The position numbers and the translations under genes are program-made. A stretch of DNA of 64,000 nucleotides, from IMG/VR virus record IMGVR_UViG_3300008111_001458; one strand, written 5' to 3'. Under the pieces are notes generated by a model. It was not told the DNA's origin and ran no database searches. It worked only from the letters and a program-made list of their open reading frames with translations. The stretch is from a virus. Its lineage: Duplodnaviria; Heunggongvirae; Uroviricota; Caudoviricetes. The stretch's first letter is position 1, and each line of letters begins with the position of its first letter. Of the stretch, positions 27,401 through 36,573 are shown piece by piece.

Positions 27401-27429
27401 TTGACTTTGTCCAAACTATCTGCTATAAT
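27401..27429 (+). promoter_or_regulatory. Perfect consensus sigma70 promoter TTGACT-17-TATAAT
   Basis: -35 at 27401-27406 and -10 at 27424-27429, upstream of ATG 27459. Confidence 0.55.
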
Positions 27430-27458
27430 CTACATATTATTCAGTTGGTAAATAGACG

Positions 27459-28268
27459 ATGAAAATTAGATTAGTATCAGATCTCCATTTAGAATTTTCA
27501 GATTGCTTCGATATTAAGAATGATGATAATATCGATGTCTTAATTCTTGGCGGTGACATTATGATCGCCAGTAAAGTTCTAAAACCTCAAAGTGAATACG
27601 GTATTCGTTTTCGTGACTTTCTAAAACGAATGAGCTTTCAGTTTCCTCATGTTATCTACATAATGGGCAATCATGAATTTTATAGTGATGGTCATTGGGT
27701 AGGTAGTGTTGAACAAATGCGCATGGCTTGCGGTGTACATGATAATATCTACATGTTGGAGAGAGATACTAAAATTATCGACGATGTAGTTTTTGTTGGT
27801 GGAACATTATGGACAGACATGAATAAGTACGATCCATTAACTATGCATGCCGTCCGAGACATGATGAACGATTATCGTGCTATTCGTAATGATCAGGCTG
27901 GATATCGAAATCTTAAACCTGCCGACACTGCCGAACGTCATCGTCAAACAGTAGATTATATTAAACATGTTGTTAAAGAACACAAAGATAAACAGTGCGT
28001 AGTAGTTGGACATCATTCTCCAAGTTGGTTAAGTGTGCATGAACAATATAAGAATGATTACATAATGAACGGTGCATATCACAGTGATCTCTCTAATATC
28101 ATGTTAGATAATCCTAATATTAAATTGTGGACGCATGGCCATACACATCATTGCTTTGACTATATGATTGGAGAAACTAGGATAGTTTGTAATCCTAGAG
28201 GTTATCATCAGGCAAGTGGGTGGAGTGAAGACACTAACTGGAACCCTTCATTATGTATAGAAATTTAA
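27459..28268 (+). CDS. Calcineurin-like metallophosphoesterase
   Basis: Motifs DLHLE, GDIM, GNHEFY, GHHS and GHTHH. Confidence 0.7.
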   Translation: MKIRLVSDLHLEFSDCFDIKNDDNIDVLILGGDIMIASKVLKPQSEYGIRFRDFLKRMSFQFPHVIYIMGNHEFYSDGHWVGSVEQMRMACGVHDNIYMLERDTKIIDDVVFVGGTLWTDMNKYDPLTMHAVRDMMNDYRAIRNDQAGYRNLKPADTAERHRQTVDYIKHVVKEHKDKQCVVVGHHSPSWLSVHEQYKNDYIMNGAYHSDLSNIMLDNPNIKLWTHGHTHHCFDYMIGETRIVCNPRGYHQASGWSEDTNWNPSLCIEI

Positions 28269-29062
28269 TCTTATTAATCCTGTTGTTCCCTATTAAGAGT
28301 TGGGCCGAATCCAACTCTTATCTTTATAATATCACCAATGATAAAATTGTCATGGGCGATAGATTAGATGAAGTACGACCAATTGCCAGCATAACAAAAA
28401 TTATGACTGCTATGATTGTATTAGACTACTATAAATCGTTATCTGATAAAATTAAAACTGGCACCGGAATGCTACCTCGTAAAGAGTATACTCTCGAACA
28501 AATACTAACTGCTATGTTGGTACGAAGTGATAATGGCGCTGCAGAAACATTGGCTAGAAATTTTCCCGGAGGTAGGAAGGAGTTTCTAATCCAGATGAAT
28601 CGCAAAGCCAATCAACTTAAAATGTATAATACCAACTTTGATGATCCAACAGGATTGAGTAGAAAAAACGTATCTTCTATTCACGATCTTAGTTTAATGA
28701 TGACAACGGCTCAAAAATATTCTAAAATTAGAGAAATTAGCATTAAGAAACAGGCATTATTTGAAACCAAATATAAAAAGAAAATTAGAACTATTCATTT
28801 GCATAATACTAATACACCAATACTTTTTGAATTTGATACTGTAGTGGTGTCTAAAACAGGGTATACCAACCCAGCTGGATGGTGTGTGGCAATGGTAGTT
28901 GAAAAGTTCAATAACACTTATGTTGTAATTGTCTTGGGTGCTAAAAACAAAGCGCATCGTATTGACAAAGTTAAGGAAATCATGTATAATCATATTGTTG
29001 ATGAAAGAGTTTTTGATAAAGACATAGACTATGATTTCCAAATCCCCCATCCTATTTTATAG
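28253..29062 (+). CDS. Serine-type D-alanyl-D-alanine carboxypeptidase (S11 / PBP5-like), secreted
   Basis: Signal peptide. SITK (SxxK) at 28390-28401, SDN at 28522-28530 and KTG at 28850-28858, in canonical order. Confidence 0.7.
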   Translation: MYRNLILLILLFPIKSWAESNSYLYNITNDKIVMGDRLDEVRPIASITKIMTAMIVLDYYKSLSDKIKTGTGMLPRKEYTLEQILTAMLVRSDNGAAETLARNFPGGRKEFLIQMNRKANQLKMYNTNFDDPTGLSRKNVSSIHDLSLMMTTAQKYSKIREISIKKQALFETKYKKKIRTIHLHNTNTPILFEFDTVVVSKTGYTNPAGWCVAMVVEKFNNTYVVIVLGAKNKAHRIDKVKEIMYNHIVDERVFDKDIDYDFQIPHPIL

Positions 29063-29504
29063 AAAAGAAGGTCGCCGTTATATTCCGGTAGCAGAATATG
29101 ACAACGAACTATTAGATAGTTTCCCCAAAGGGGATCATCTTGTGTCTGTATACCCCGGCGGCACTAGTCGTCGCTTTAAGATTGATCCAGCTTATGCTCC
29201 TATGATTGCTGCGGGTCGTGTTGCCGAAGACAAAATCTGTAGGGCTATCGCCAAAGCCGCTGAACTACGTCCTCCTCGTTCTCCAATTACTCCTCAGCAG
29301 AAGAAAGCCTGGGAAGCATTGGCCAAAGCATTTGGCGATGAACTTTGTACCTTACAAGGATTGAGCATTCATGATTGTGCAGAAGCAGGTATTAAAGCTA
29401 TGCAGGAAGAAGCAGATAAACTTTTAAAACATGAAAGTGTTCGAAAGGCGTATGATCATTTTATGTTAATGTGCGAACTTACAAAAGAAAATACAGGAGA
29501 TTAA
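29031..29504 (+). CDS. Hypothetical protein
   Basis: 157-aa ORF. Confidence 0.4.
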   Translation: MISKSPILFYRKEGRRYIPVAEYDNELLDSFPKGDHLVSVYPGGTSRRFKIDPAYAPMIAAGRVAEDKICRAIAKAAELRPPRSPITPQQKKAWEALAKAFGDELCTLQGLSIHDCAEAGIKAMQEEADKLLKHESVRKAYDHFMLMCELTKENTGD

Positions 29505-29506
29505 AA

Positions 29507-29686
29507 TGGCACTACCATTATTAATAATTGGATTTGCTTCTTTGTTTGGCAGTGGTTGTACCTTTATGGACTGGCGCAGTCATCGAGAAGAAACATCTAA
29601 AATTGTTTGGACTGTTGGTCTGGCTATTATTGGTATGTATATGGTAGTTGCTGTTATTGGACAGTTAGTAAGGCATTGCTCATGAG
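29507..29686 (+). CDS. Small 2-TM membrane protein (59 aa)
   Basis: Hand-found ORF MALPLLIIGFASLFGSGC... Confidence 0.3.
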
Positions 29687-30317
29687 TTTTAATTTAGGTG
29701 ATATTTGGTCATATGAAGATAAAACTAGGAATCTTCCTAGTATTCAAGTAGTACGATATCCAACTATCCATTATCAAGATTGGTTTCCAGTATCTGTAAT
29801 CAATCCTAATTTTGAAAAAGGTCCTTGGATTGCTGGCGGTGCTGGTTTACGTTGGTATCAAGGAATTCCTGTAGGGGAAAGCGACATAGATGTATATTGT
29901 TCTTCTCCCATGCAGGCAGAGCAGTTACAACAGAAAATTTTTGCTTCAATGGCCTGTACAGAAAAATACAAATCAGATAACGCTGTTACATTAGAAGTTT
30001 CAAAAGATGATCAGACATGGACTGTACAAATAATTAAGAAAAACTATTTTACTGATATGCAAAAAGTCATTGATAGTTTTGATCTATCAGTTTGTCAAGT
30101 TGCTACTGATGGAAATACCTACTTGTTAGGCAATCATACAGCCAAGGATATTCGTGAACGCAACTTAAGAATGCGTATGCCTTTACAAGCAGATGCACTC
30201 AAGCGCCTTATCAAATATTGGACCTACGGGTATCGTCCAGTAGACGGATTATTAGAAGCAATTCAACACAATCCAGTAGGTCGTTGGGAATTTAACCCTG
30301 CAGAGGATTATCTATGA
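29682..30317 (+). CDS. Pol-beta-superfamily nucleotidyltransferase-fold protein
   Basis: GGAGLRWYQGIPVGESDIDVY matches G[GS]-x9-13-[DE]h[DE]h. A downstream FDLSV is a candidate third acidic residue. The start is reset to ATG 29682. Confidence 0.45.
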   Translation: MSFNLGDIWSYEDKTRNLPSIQVVRYPTIHYQDWFPVSVINPNFEKGPWIAGGAGLRWYQGIPVGESDIDVYCSSPMQAEQLQQKIFASMACTEKYKSDNAVTLEVSKDDQTWTVQIIKKNYFTDMQKVIDSFDLSVCQVATDGNTYLLGNHTAKDIRERNLRMRMPLQADALKRLIKYWTYGYRPVDGLLEAIQHNPVGRWEFNPAEDYL

Positions 30318-30706
30318 GAGCAGAACACAGTTGGAGTTTATTAGATCCAAGACCAGTTTTAATGTATCTAGAACATCACGATGATTATATCGTCTATTGG
30401 AATGGTGTTGTTATGCCACACAGCTATGCACTTGCTATGGCAGTAGAACAGTTTGGAATTTATGCTACTCCAGAAATGAAAAATGCAAGGTTGACAAATT
30501 ATAAGAAATTATATTATACTAACGCATTTGAAACTCGAGCTTGGGACAGTAAGATAATGGATCATGATGTTTATTCATATCTAAAAAATATAATGTCATA
30601 TCATATTACTAAAACATGTGAAGGTAAAGAACCACAAGAAATATTATCCTGGTTTGATTATAAACGAGCCAGAACAGAAAATTATCAACCAAAGGAAGAG
30701 AAGTAA
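30314..30706 (+). CDS. Hypothetical protein
   Basis: 130-aa ORF. Confidence 0.4.
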   Translation: MRAEHSWSLLDPRPVLMYLEHHDDYIVYWNGVVMPHSYALAMAVEQFGIYATPEMKNARLTNYKKLYYTNAFETRAWDSKIMDHDVYSYLKNIMSYHITKTCEGKEPQEILSWFDYKRARTENYQPKEEK

Positions 30707-30918
30707 TGGATATGAATCAAGCAGCAGTATTTTTAGCAGGTAGTGTTTTAACTATGATTGGTTTTATAGTTATAGTTGTGGGATTAGTTATTATTAACAA
30801 TATTCTTCATAGGTATTGGAAACCTGTTAAGATGTGGAAATTTGATGTATATCCTCCGCAGTTCATGCATCAAGAACCTTTAATGGATCAACCTAAAGAA
30901 AAGGAACTTAAGAAATGA
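30706..30918 (+). CDS. Small membrane protein
   Basis: 70 aa with one TM. Confidence 0.4.
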   Translation: MDMNQAAVFLAGSVLTMIGFIVIVVGLVIINNILHRYWKPVKMWKFDVYPPQFMHQEPLMDQPKEKELKK

Positions 30919-31424
30919 TTACCTTAAAACAGTTCATGGAAACCGTTGACTACCGTATCACTGAAGGTAGTGAGTATATGTGGCAATGCTACGGTCCTAA
31001 TGCTTATAGATTAGATTCATGGTCTGGCGATCAAGACGGGCATTCTGTTAGTATTGTATTCGATACTAAAACTCAAGAAGTCTACGAAGCCAGCGCATAT
31101 GATTATAAAAATCAACGTGCCTATAGATTGATTAATACTGATTATAAGACGGATCACGATGACGAATCTGAGGATCGTGGTGTGTTAGGTAATCAAGCAT
31201 GGGATGATGTTAATTATGTTGATCTAGATGTCGATGAAGACTTTTTAGAAAAAGCACAGGCAATTGTAAATGAGGAAGATTACGACACTCGGGTTCAAGT
31301 TCAAGTAGAATTTACGGATGACGAACTATTTCGTTACATGAAATTTGCACATGATAAAGATATAACATTTAATCAATTAGTTGAGGAAGCTGTAAAATCA
31401 GCAATCAAGGAACACCAAGCATGA
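30915..31424 (+). CDS. Acidic hypothetical protein
   Basis: 169 aa, D/E-rich. Confidence 0.4.
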   Translation: MITLKQFMETVDYRITEGSEYMWQCYGPNAYRLDSWSGDQDGHSVSIVFDTKTQEVYEASAYDYKNQRAYRLINTDYKTDHDDESEDRGVLGNQAWDDVNYVDLDVDEDFLEKAQAIVNEEDYDTRVQVQVEFTDDELFRYMKFAHDKDITFNQLVEEAVKSAIKEHQA

Positions 31425-31597
31425 TTAAAGTTGTACTGTCGTTCTTAGTTGTTGCTGTTGTATTTCATTTTGTAATCGAATCTTGGAGATATACTTCAGG
31501 AAAAGAACGTTGGAATAGTATAAAAACCTTGACATACAGTCTAGGTCTTGCTACACTAACTTTCATAGCATTATCGCTATTTGTTTTTTTATTTTAA
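31421..31597 (+). CDS. Small 2-TM membrane protein (58 aa)
   Basis: Hand-found ORF MIKVVLSFLVVAVVFHF... Confidence 0.3.
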   Translation: MIKVVLSFLVVAVVFHFVIESWRYTSGKERWNSIKTLTYSLGLATLTFIALSLFVFLF

Positions 31598-31609
31598 GGA
31601 TTTACACAC

Positions 31610-32407
31610 ATGAAACGTATCGCAACTCTTGGCCTTATCGCTGCCGCTGTGTTGGCAACTGGCTGTACTCGTATTGAAACCGGTGAGGTTGGTGTACGAG
31701 TTGGTTTTGACAAACAGGTTCAACCTGGTGAACTATTGCCTGGTTCGTTTAATCAGGTATTGATTGGCGACGTGCTTACATTCCCTATCAAGGATGTCAA
31801 CGTCACACTAGAGAACATGACTCCTGTGGCCAAAGATAATAGCACAATGAAAGACTTTGATGCTGTGGTTGTTTACAACATCAACCCACAACAAGTATCA
31901 GAACTGTATGCTACCAAGAACAAGGCTTTCCACGCTGACTTCAAAGGCGACACTTATGTGATGTATAACTACATTGTTCAGAATGCTCGTAATGCTATCT
32001 ACAAAGCCGCACGTAAGTACGAAGCCTTGGACATGGCAGACAATCGTGGCGAAATGGAGAAGTTCATCCAAGACGAGATCGTTCGCAACTTGTCAGAAGA
32101 AAAGTTGGACGGTACTATTATGATTAGTCAAGTGCTGATTCGTAATGTTGTGCCAGCAGACAGTGTGGTTGAATCAGCTAACGCATTAGTTCGTTCAAAG
32201 AACGAGTTGAAGCAGAAGGAAGTTGAAGTTAAGACTGCTGAAGCCGAAAGCCGTCGTATGGCAGCATTGGCTAACAACTCAGGTGCATCAATTGCATTCA
32301 TGCAGGCCCAAGCCATGTTAAATATCTCCGAAGGTATTAAGAACGGTCAAGTGCAGACTATTGTAGTGCCTTCAAACTTTAACGCTTTGATGTTACCCAA
32401 ACAATAA
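31610..32407 (+). CDS. Lipoprotein with SPFH/band-7-like domain
   Basis: Lipobox LATGC, and the C-terminal region resembles the HflK/C-type SPFH domain. Confidence 0.45.
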   Translation: MKRIATLGLIAAAVLATGCTRIETGEVGVRVGFDKQVQPGELLPGSFNQVLIGDVLTFPIKDVNVTLENMTPVAKDNSTMKDFDAVVVYNINPQQVSELYATKNKAFHADFKGDTYVMYNYIVQNARNAIYKAARKYEALDMADNRGEMEKFIQDEIVRNLSEEKLDGTIMISQVLIRNVVPADSVVESANALVRSKNELKQKEVEVKTAEAESRRMAALANNSGASIAFMQAQAMLNISEGIKNGQVQTIVVPSNFNALMLPKQ

Positions 32408-32575
32408 TGTAGGATTATTTCTTAGAGGTTAATTAGTGATATTAGAAATTATGATGTGGGGTTTTTTCTCCGCCTGGGGGTGGTTTGGAGCCAGTTATAT
32501 TAAAGATCAAATCTGGAAACCAGAAACTGTTGAGCAGGATAAGCAACAGAAACAAGAAAAGAAAGATTAATAATT

Positions 32576-32836
32576 ATGAATTATAATTTCAATATCACTA
32601 TGACAACTGATATATCTTCAACTATTGTAGAGGAAATAATAAAAAAAATAGTAGAAGAACAAACAGGTAAAAAAATTTCCTCTATAGAAGTTAAACTACG
32701 CCGAGTACAAAAAGGCATAGGTCCCAATGAATCAATTGACACTGTGTTTGACGGATATAACATTGTGTTTGTTGAAGAATCCACAAAAGGAAACAAACAA
32801 CCTAATACTGGATTTAAACCTGCTGTTTATCAATGA
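32576..32836 (+). CDS. Hypothetical small protein
   Basis: 86-aa ORF; first of a long run of coupled small ORFs. Confidence 0.35.
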   Translation: MNYNFNITMTTDISSTIVEEIIKKIVEEQTGKKISSIEVKLRRVQKGIGPNESIDTVFDGYNIVFVEESTKGNKQPNTGFKPAVYQ

Positions 32837-33159
32837 CTTTAACTAATCAAAGACTTATTGAAGAAATAAAAGGAATCCGCCGAGTGGTGATTAACATTTG
32901 CCACGGCGGATTTAGCCTTAGTGATCAAGCAATTGAAAAATATCGAGAGCTCACCGGTATAACTGATGAAAAATTTTGGGATCGAGATATATCAAGAGAC
33001 GATCCCTATCTAATTCAAATAATCAATGAAATGGGCGAAAAAGCCAACGGTTCTTACGCCGAATTAAAAATCGTAGAGATTCCTGCAGATGTTGATTGGA
33101 TTGTTGAGGAATACGATGGAAGAGAATGGATTGCCGAACGACATAGAACTTGGGACTAA
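32833..33159 (+). CDS. Hypothetical small protein
   Basis: 108-aa ORF. Confidence 0.4.
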   Translation: MTLTNQRLIEEIKGIRRVVINICHGGFSLSDQAIEKYRELTGITDEKFWDRDISRDDPYLIQIINEMGEKANGSYAELKIVEIPADVDWIVEEYDGREWIAERHRTWD

Positions 33160-33391
33160 ACTTAAACAAGTTTTAGCTACAAGATCTCGAGCTGTCTTTA
33201 GTTATCGTATAAACTTTGACACAATAGGATATGAATCTTTAGATCTCATGAGAAAGTGGTGTGAAGATAATTGTTCTGGACTTTGGCGATTAGAGCATGT
33301 CCACGCACTATATTTTCAATTTGAAAACGACAGAGATGCTACAATGTTTATGCTACGTTGGGGCACCGCAGAAGGAAATAGATTGAAATGA
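33116..33391 (+). CDS. Small protein, member 1 of the FxLKW C-terminal-motif paralog family
   Basis: Ends WCEDNCSG...LYFQFENDRDATMFMLRWG. The start is reset to MEENG. Confidence 0.45.
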   Translation: MEENGLPNDIELGTKLKQVLATRSRAVFSYRINFDTIGYESLDLMRKWCEDNCSGLWRLEHVHALYFQFENDRDATMFMLRWGTAEGNRLK

Positions 33392-33780
33392 TACAACCGT
33401 GGCAACTAAACCTTTTAGATAAAATGACACAGTATAAAGGTAAAGGTATGACAACAATTACTGGACGCAATTTAGGCAAGAGTGCCTTTTCAACTCAGGC
33501 TTTTCAAAGATTGTGGGAAGATATTCATGCTCGTCCTGTAGAAGATCTTAAGCTCACAGAAGGCACAGTCTACGGTGCTAGATATTATTGTGTAGAACCA
33601 GTTGGTGGAGTATGGCGAGAAATGGAAGCGTGGTGCGTAGAAACATTTGGTTCAGTTGGGGAACACATGTGGGGTAACGAGAAAGCACCAGATCCTGCAC
33701 AGCGTTGGTACATGAACAATCGCAAGTTCTGGTTCCACAATGAAGTAGATAGAATGGTGTTTGTATTAAAATGGCGATAA
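33388..33780 (+). CDS. Small protein, FxLKW family member 2
   Basis: Ends WCVETFG...FWFHNEVDRMVFVLKWR. Confidence 0.45.
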   Translation: MIQPWQLNLLDKMTQYKGKGMTTITGRNLGKSAFSTQAFQRLWEDIHARPVEDLKLTEGTVYGARYYCVEPVGGVWREMEAWCVETFGSVGEHMWGNEKAPDPAQRWYMNNRKFWFHNEVDRMVFVLKWR

Positions 33781-34148
33781 AACTTTTAAGACGAAAAGTT
33801 ATTATAAGAGAGCACGACTTTAATAAAGTTGAAGCTAAATCTCGGCACCTGTCATTATATGACAGGATGTCATTTACTCCTCTTAATCAAGATAGTTTAG
33901 AAAAATTAAAACTACAAGAAATTTTAAGAGGTAAGACTGGGCCTTTAGCAGCTATTGATACTGATCTTAAAATGCCTGCAGTTCTAGTGGCACAGTTACA
34001 AGACTTTCTCTACGACAAAAAATATCATCAATGGACTGTATCCATTGATGAAGAAGGTTACCTCTGTGTACAGTCTAGAAAGAATACACCTAGAACTAGA
34101 TTAGGGTGGGGTATCTTTGAAAAAGATATAGAAAGACATTATGAATAA
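33771..34148 (+). CDS. Hypothetical small protein (no family motif)
   Basis: 125-aa ORF. Confidence 0.4.
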   Translation: MAIKLLRRKVIIREHDFNKVEAKSRHLSLYDRMSFTPLNQDSLEKLKLQEILRGKTGPLAAIDTDLKMPAVLVAQLQDFLYDKKYHQWTVSIDEEGYLCVQSRKNTPRTRLGWGIFEKDIERHYE

Positions 34149-34404
34149 TTTAGAAGAAGAAATAACTCAAGAACTAGCTACACAGATGCAAAGTGAAATG
34201 GACTTTCATATTCTTTCTGATATGTTGGTCAAATCCTGCGGATGGAAGAAAGTCACATTAACCAGATTCTTTAGTCGTAAACATTCTGTGAATATTTTAA
34301 TGTGGTGCGAAGAAAATATTAAAAATCCTTTTGAACATAGAGGAAGCACTTTTGTATTTGAGAATGAAGGTGATGCTGTTAACTTTACACTAAAATGGTT
34401 ATGA
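34141..34404 (+). CDS. Small protein, FxLKW family member 3
   Basis: Ends WCEENIKNPFEHRGSTFVFENEGDAVNFTLKWL. Confidence 0.45.
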   Translation: MNNLEEEITQELATQMQSEMDFHILSDMLVKSCGWKKVTLTRFFSRKHSVNILMWCEENIKNPFEHRGSTFVFENEGDAVNFTLKWL

Positions 34405-34625
34405 AAACTGCTAGAGATTTTCCTTACCAAACAGTTACTGATAGAACCAATCATGGAAAAGCTGCAGAATGGTGCAAGGAAAAGTTTGGTCCTAGATGGG
34501 AAGCTATAGGATATAGAGAAGGTACATGGTGTACATTTTGGCAAGGTCGAGGCGTACCGGGAAGCTATGAATGGTTCTTTCTCAACGAACAAGATTATTT
34601 GATGTTTACTTTAAAATGGTTATAA
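34395..34625 (+). CDS. Small protein, FxLKW family member 4
   Basis: Starts MVMKTARDF. Ends WCKEKFG...WFFLNEQDYLMFTLKWL. Confidence 0.45.
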   Translation: MVMKTARDFPYQTVTDRTNHGKAAEWCKEKFGPRWEAIGYREGTWCTFWQGRGVPGSYEWFFLNEQDYLMFTLKWL

Positions 34626-34882
34626 AAACTTCTGTACACCATTGGCGTTTTGAGGACGGCAAGACAGTGCCTAACCCCAGTAGCCATTTCCCTTTAGGAC
34701 CTCCTCCTCGTGGTTGGTACTGTTGGGTATATCCCGAAGACGATCATGAGTTTGAAGAATGGATGGCTAAGATGTGTCCTACGACAGATTGCACACACCG
34801 ATTTAACGGTGGCGATCCCATGTACACCGTTTTTATTAAAGAAGATAAAGAAGCGACACTGTTTCAATTAAAATGGATGTAA
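34616..34882 (+). CDS. Small protein, FxLKW family member 5
   Basis: The start is reset to MVIKTSVHH, which parallels member 4. Ends WMAKMCPTTDC...VFIKEDKEATLFQLKWM. Confidence 0.45.
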   Translation: MVIKTSVHHWRFEDGKTVPNPSSHFPLGPPPRGWYCWVYPEDDHEFEEWMAKMCPTTDCTHRFNGGDPMYTVFIKEDKEATLFQLKWM

Positions 34883-34885
34883 TAC

Positions 34886-35281
34886 ATGGCAAGATGGTAT
34901 AAGGATATCGACAGAACTTTTCAAATTAATGAATATCTTTCTGATCGATATTCTTCAAATCATAAAGACAAGATTCGTTGGCCGGTAACAAATAAGTATG
35001 TTATAATAAACACCCCCGAAGGAGATCGCGTGGAAGAAGTTAAAGAGATAATAGTTCATCAATTCTCGATGGGGGATGTTGAAGATCCAGATCTTTACGC
35101 TGCTACTCCTCTATGGGAGTGGGAGAAAAGTGAACAAGGACAGTGGGTAATGAAAAATGCCGTGGATACCCCAACGTGGTATCGAATGGCTGATACCAGT
35201 ATATTTGGTTACAAATATCAAATTAGAGCCAAGCTAATGGGTCCGGCATTAACAGAATGGTTGTTGAGGTTTGGTGAGTGA
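34886..35281 (+). CDS. Hypothetical small protein (no family motif)
   Basis: 131-aa ORF. Confidence 0.4.
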   Translation: MARWYKDIDRTFQINEYLSDRYSSNHKDKIRWPVTNKYVIINTPEGDRVEEVKEIIVHQFSMGDVEDPDLYAATPLWEWEKSEQGQWVMKNAVDTPTWYRMADTSIFGYKYQIRAKLMGPALTEWLLRFGE

Positions 35282-35538
35282 AAGATAATCCAAAACAATT
35301 TATTACTATGGCTCACAAAAAAGTGGGTTCGGTATTATTAGAAGATGATAAACTGATGTCTATCTTAAATGGTTATCATATTGTACGATTAGAAGGTGAC
35401 GACGACTTTAATGAAAAACTCACGTGGTGTATGGAACACTGTCAAAGTAAATTTCGAGATATAAGAGAATCTAACTGCCGTGCTTGGTATTTTCAAAATG
35501 AACAGGACGCCAGTATGTTTGCCATGAAATGGTCTTAA
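35278..35538 (+). CDS. Small protein, FxLKW family member 6
   Basis: Ends WCMEHCQSKF...WYFQNEQDASMFAMKWS. Confidence 0.45.
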   Translation: MKDNPKQFITMAHKKVGSVLLEDDKLMSILNGYHIVRLEGDDDFNEKLTWCMEHCQSKFRDIRESNCRAWYFQNEQDASMFAMKWS

Positions 35539-35760
35539 ATGTTAGTAGTATATCTCGATGATTCAAAAATAGTCTACGATAGATCCTTAGAATATTTTCA
35601 AACAGCGGCAGATTGGGCCAAAGCTCAATGTCAAAGTTTTGTTGACTATCATGTTCAAGATGTTTCAGATGTATCAATGATGTTCGATCACGTGGCAGAA
35701 TATCGATTTAAAGATTCTAAAGATGTTTTAATGTTTCAATTAAAATGGAAAACCAATTGA
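35539..35760 (+). CDS. Small protein, FxLKW family member 7
   Basis: Ends WAKAQCQSF...YRFKDSKDVLMFQLKWKTN. Confidence 0.45.
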   Translation: MLVVYLDDSKIVYDRSLEYFQTAADWAKAQCQSFVDYHVQDVSDVSMMFDHVAEYRFKDSKDVLMFQLKWKTN

Positions 35761-35816
35761 CTTTTGAAGTTAATGAGTATATAATTAACTTGTTTAATAA
35801 TATATAGGTAACTTAA

Positions 35817-36227
35817 ATGAAAATTGGTTTTAGTTTTGGACGCTGTATTCGTGACATCGTTAACGGTGATGTTGAACTCGAAGATGTTGCATTTATTATT
35901 GCAGCAACTTGTATGCATGACGAGAAGCATGTACGTAATGTTATTCTTAACTATCTAACAGAACCTAGTTATCTCCTTGGCTACAATGAAAAAGATTGCA
36001 TGGAAGTAGGTCTTGCACTTTGGAATCAAAACAAAGTTCTACAACCTCGCAAACAGGGAATACCAAGACATGCCCAACCAGAAAATGCAGTTTGGGTTGA
36101 TATCTTTCCTACATCTCATTCCGACAGCGAAGCAGTAAAAACTGCTTGGGATCAATATCGCTTTATGTTACATATGGTTGAAAATGTAGACACTGAAGCT
36201 ATCGATGTTTTTAAAGAACCTTATTAA
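35817..36227 (+). CDS. Hypothetical protein
   Basis: 136-aa ORF. Confidence 0.4.
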   Translation: MKIGFSFGRCIRDIVNGDVELEDVAFIIAATCMHDEKHVRNVILNYLTEPSYLLGYNEKDCMEVGLALWNQNKVLQPRKQGIPRHAQPENAVWVDIFPTSHSDSEAVKTAWDQYRFMLHMVENVDTEAIDVFKEPY

Positions 36228-36229
36228 CA

Positions 36230-36502
36230 ATGTTTAGATTATTTTTTAATATCAGCAATCCCTGGAGCGATCGTTGGGAGAACATCAAACAGTGGTCTGG
36301 AACTACTCCTTTTAAACACAAGTTTTGGGAAGCGCAGATTGATAAAACTCATGATGTTATAGGTGTTGATATACAATACAGTGTTCGACAAGATCATGCA
36401 GGAATATTCCTGTGCCTGGCATTTTTGGGCTATGAAGTAATTTTTAATTTTTACGATAGCAGGCACTGGGATCATGAAACCAATAATTGGGCAAAAGATT
36501 AA
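36230..36502 (+). CDS. Hypothetical protein
   Basis: 90-aa ORF. Confidence 0.35.
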   Translation: MFRLFFNISNPWSDRWENIKQWSGTTPFKHKFWEAQIDKTHDVIGVDIQYSVRQDHAGIFLCLAFLGYEVIFNFYDSRHWDHETNNWAKD

Positions 36503-36573
36503 GTGCGCAGTTAATTAAATATGTATGAAATCTAAACTCTAGATAAGTACATAGTTAATCAAATGGAGCATTT

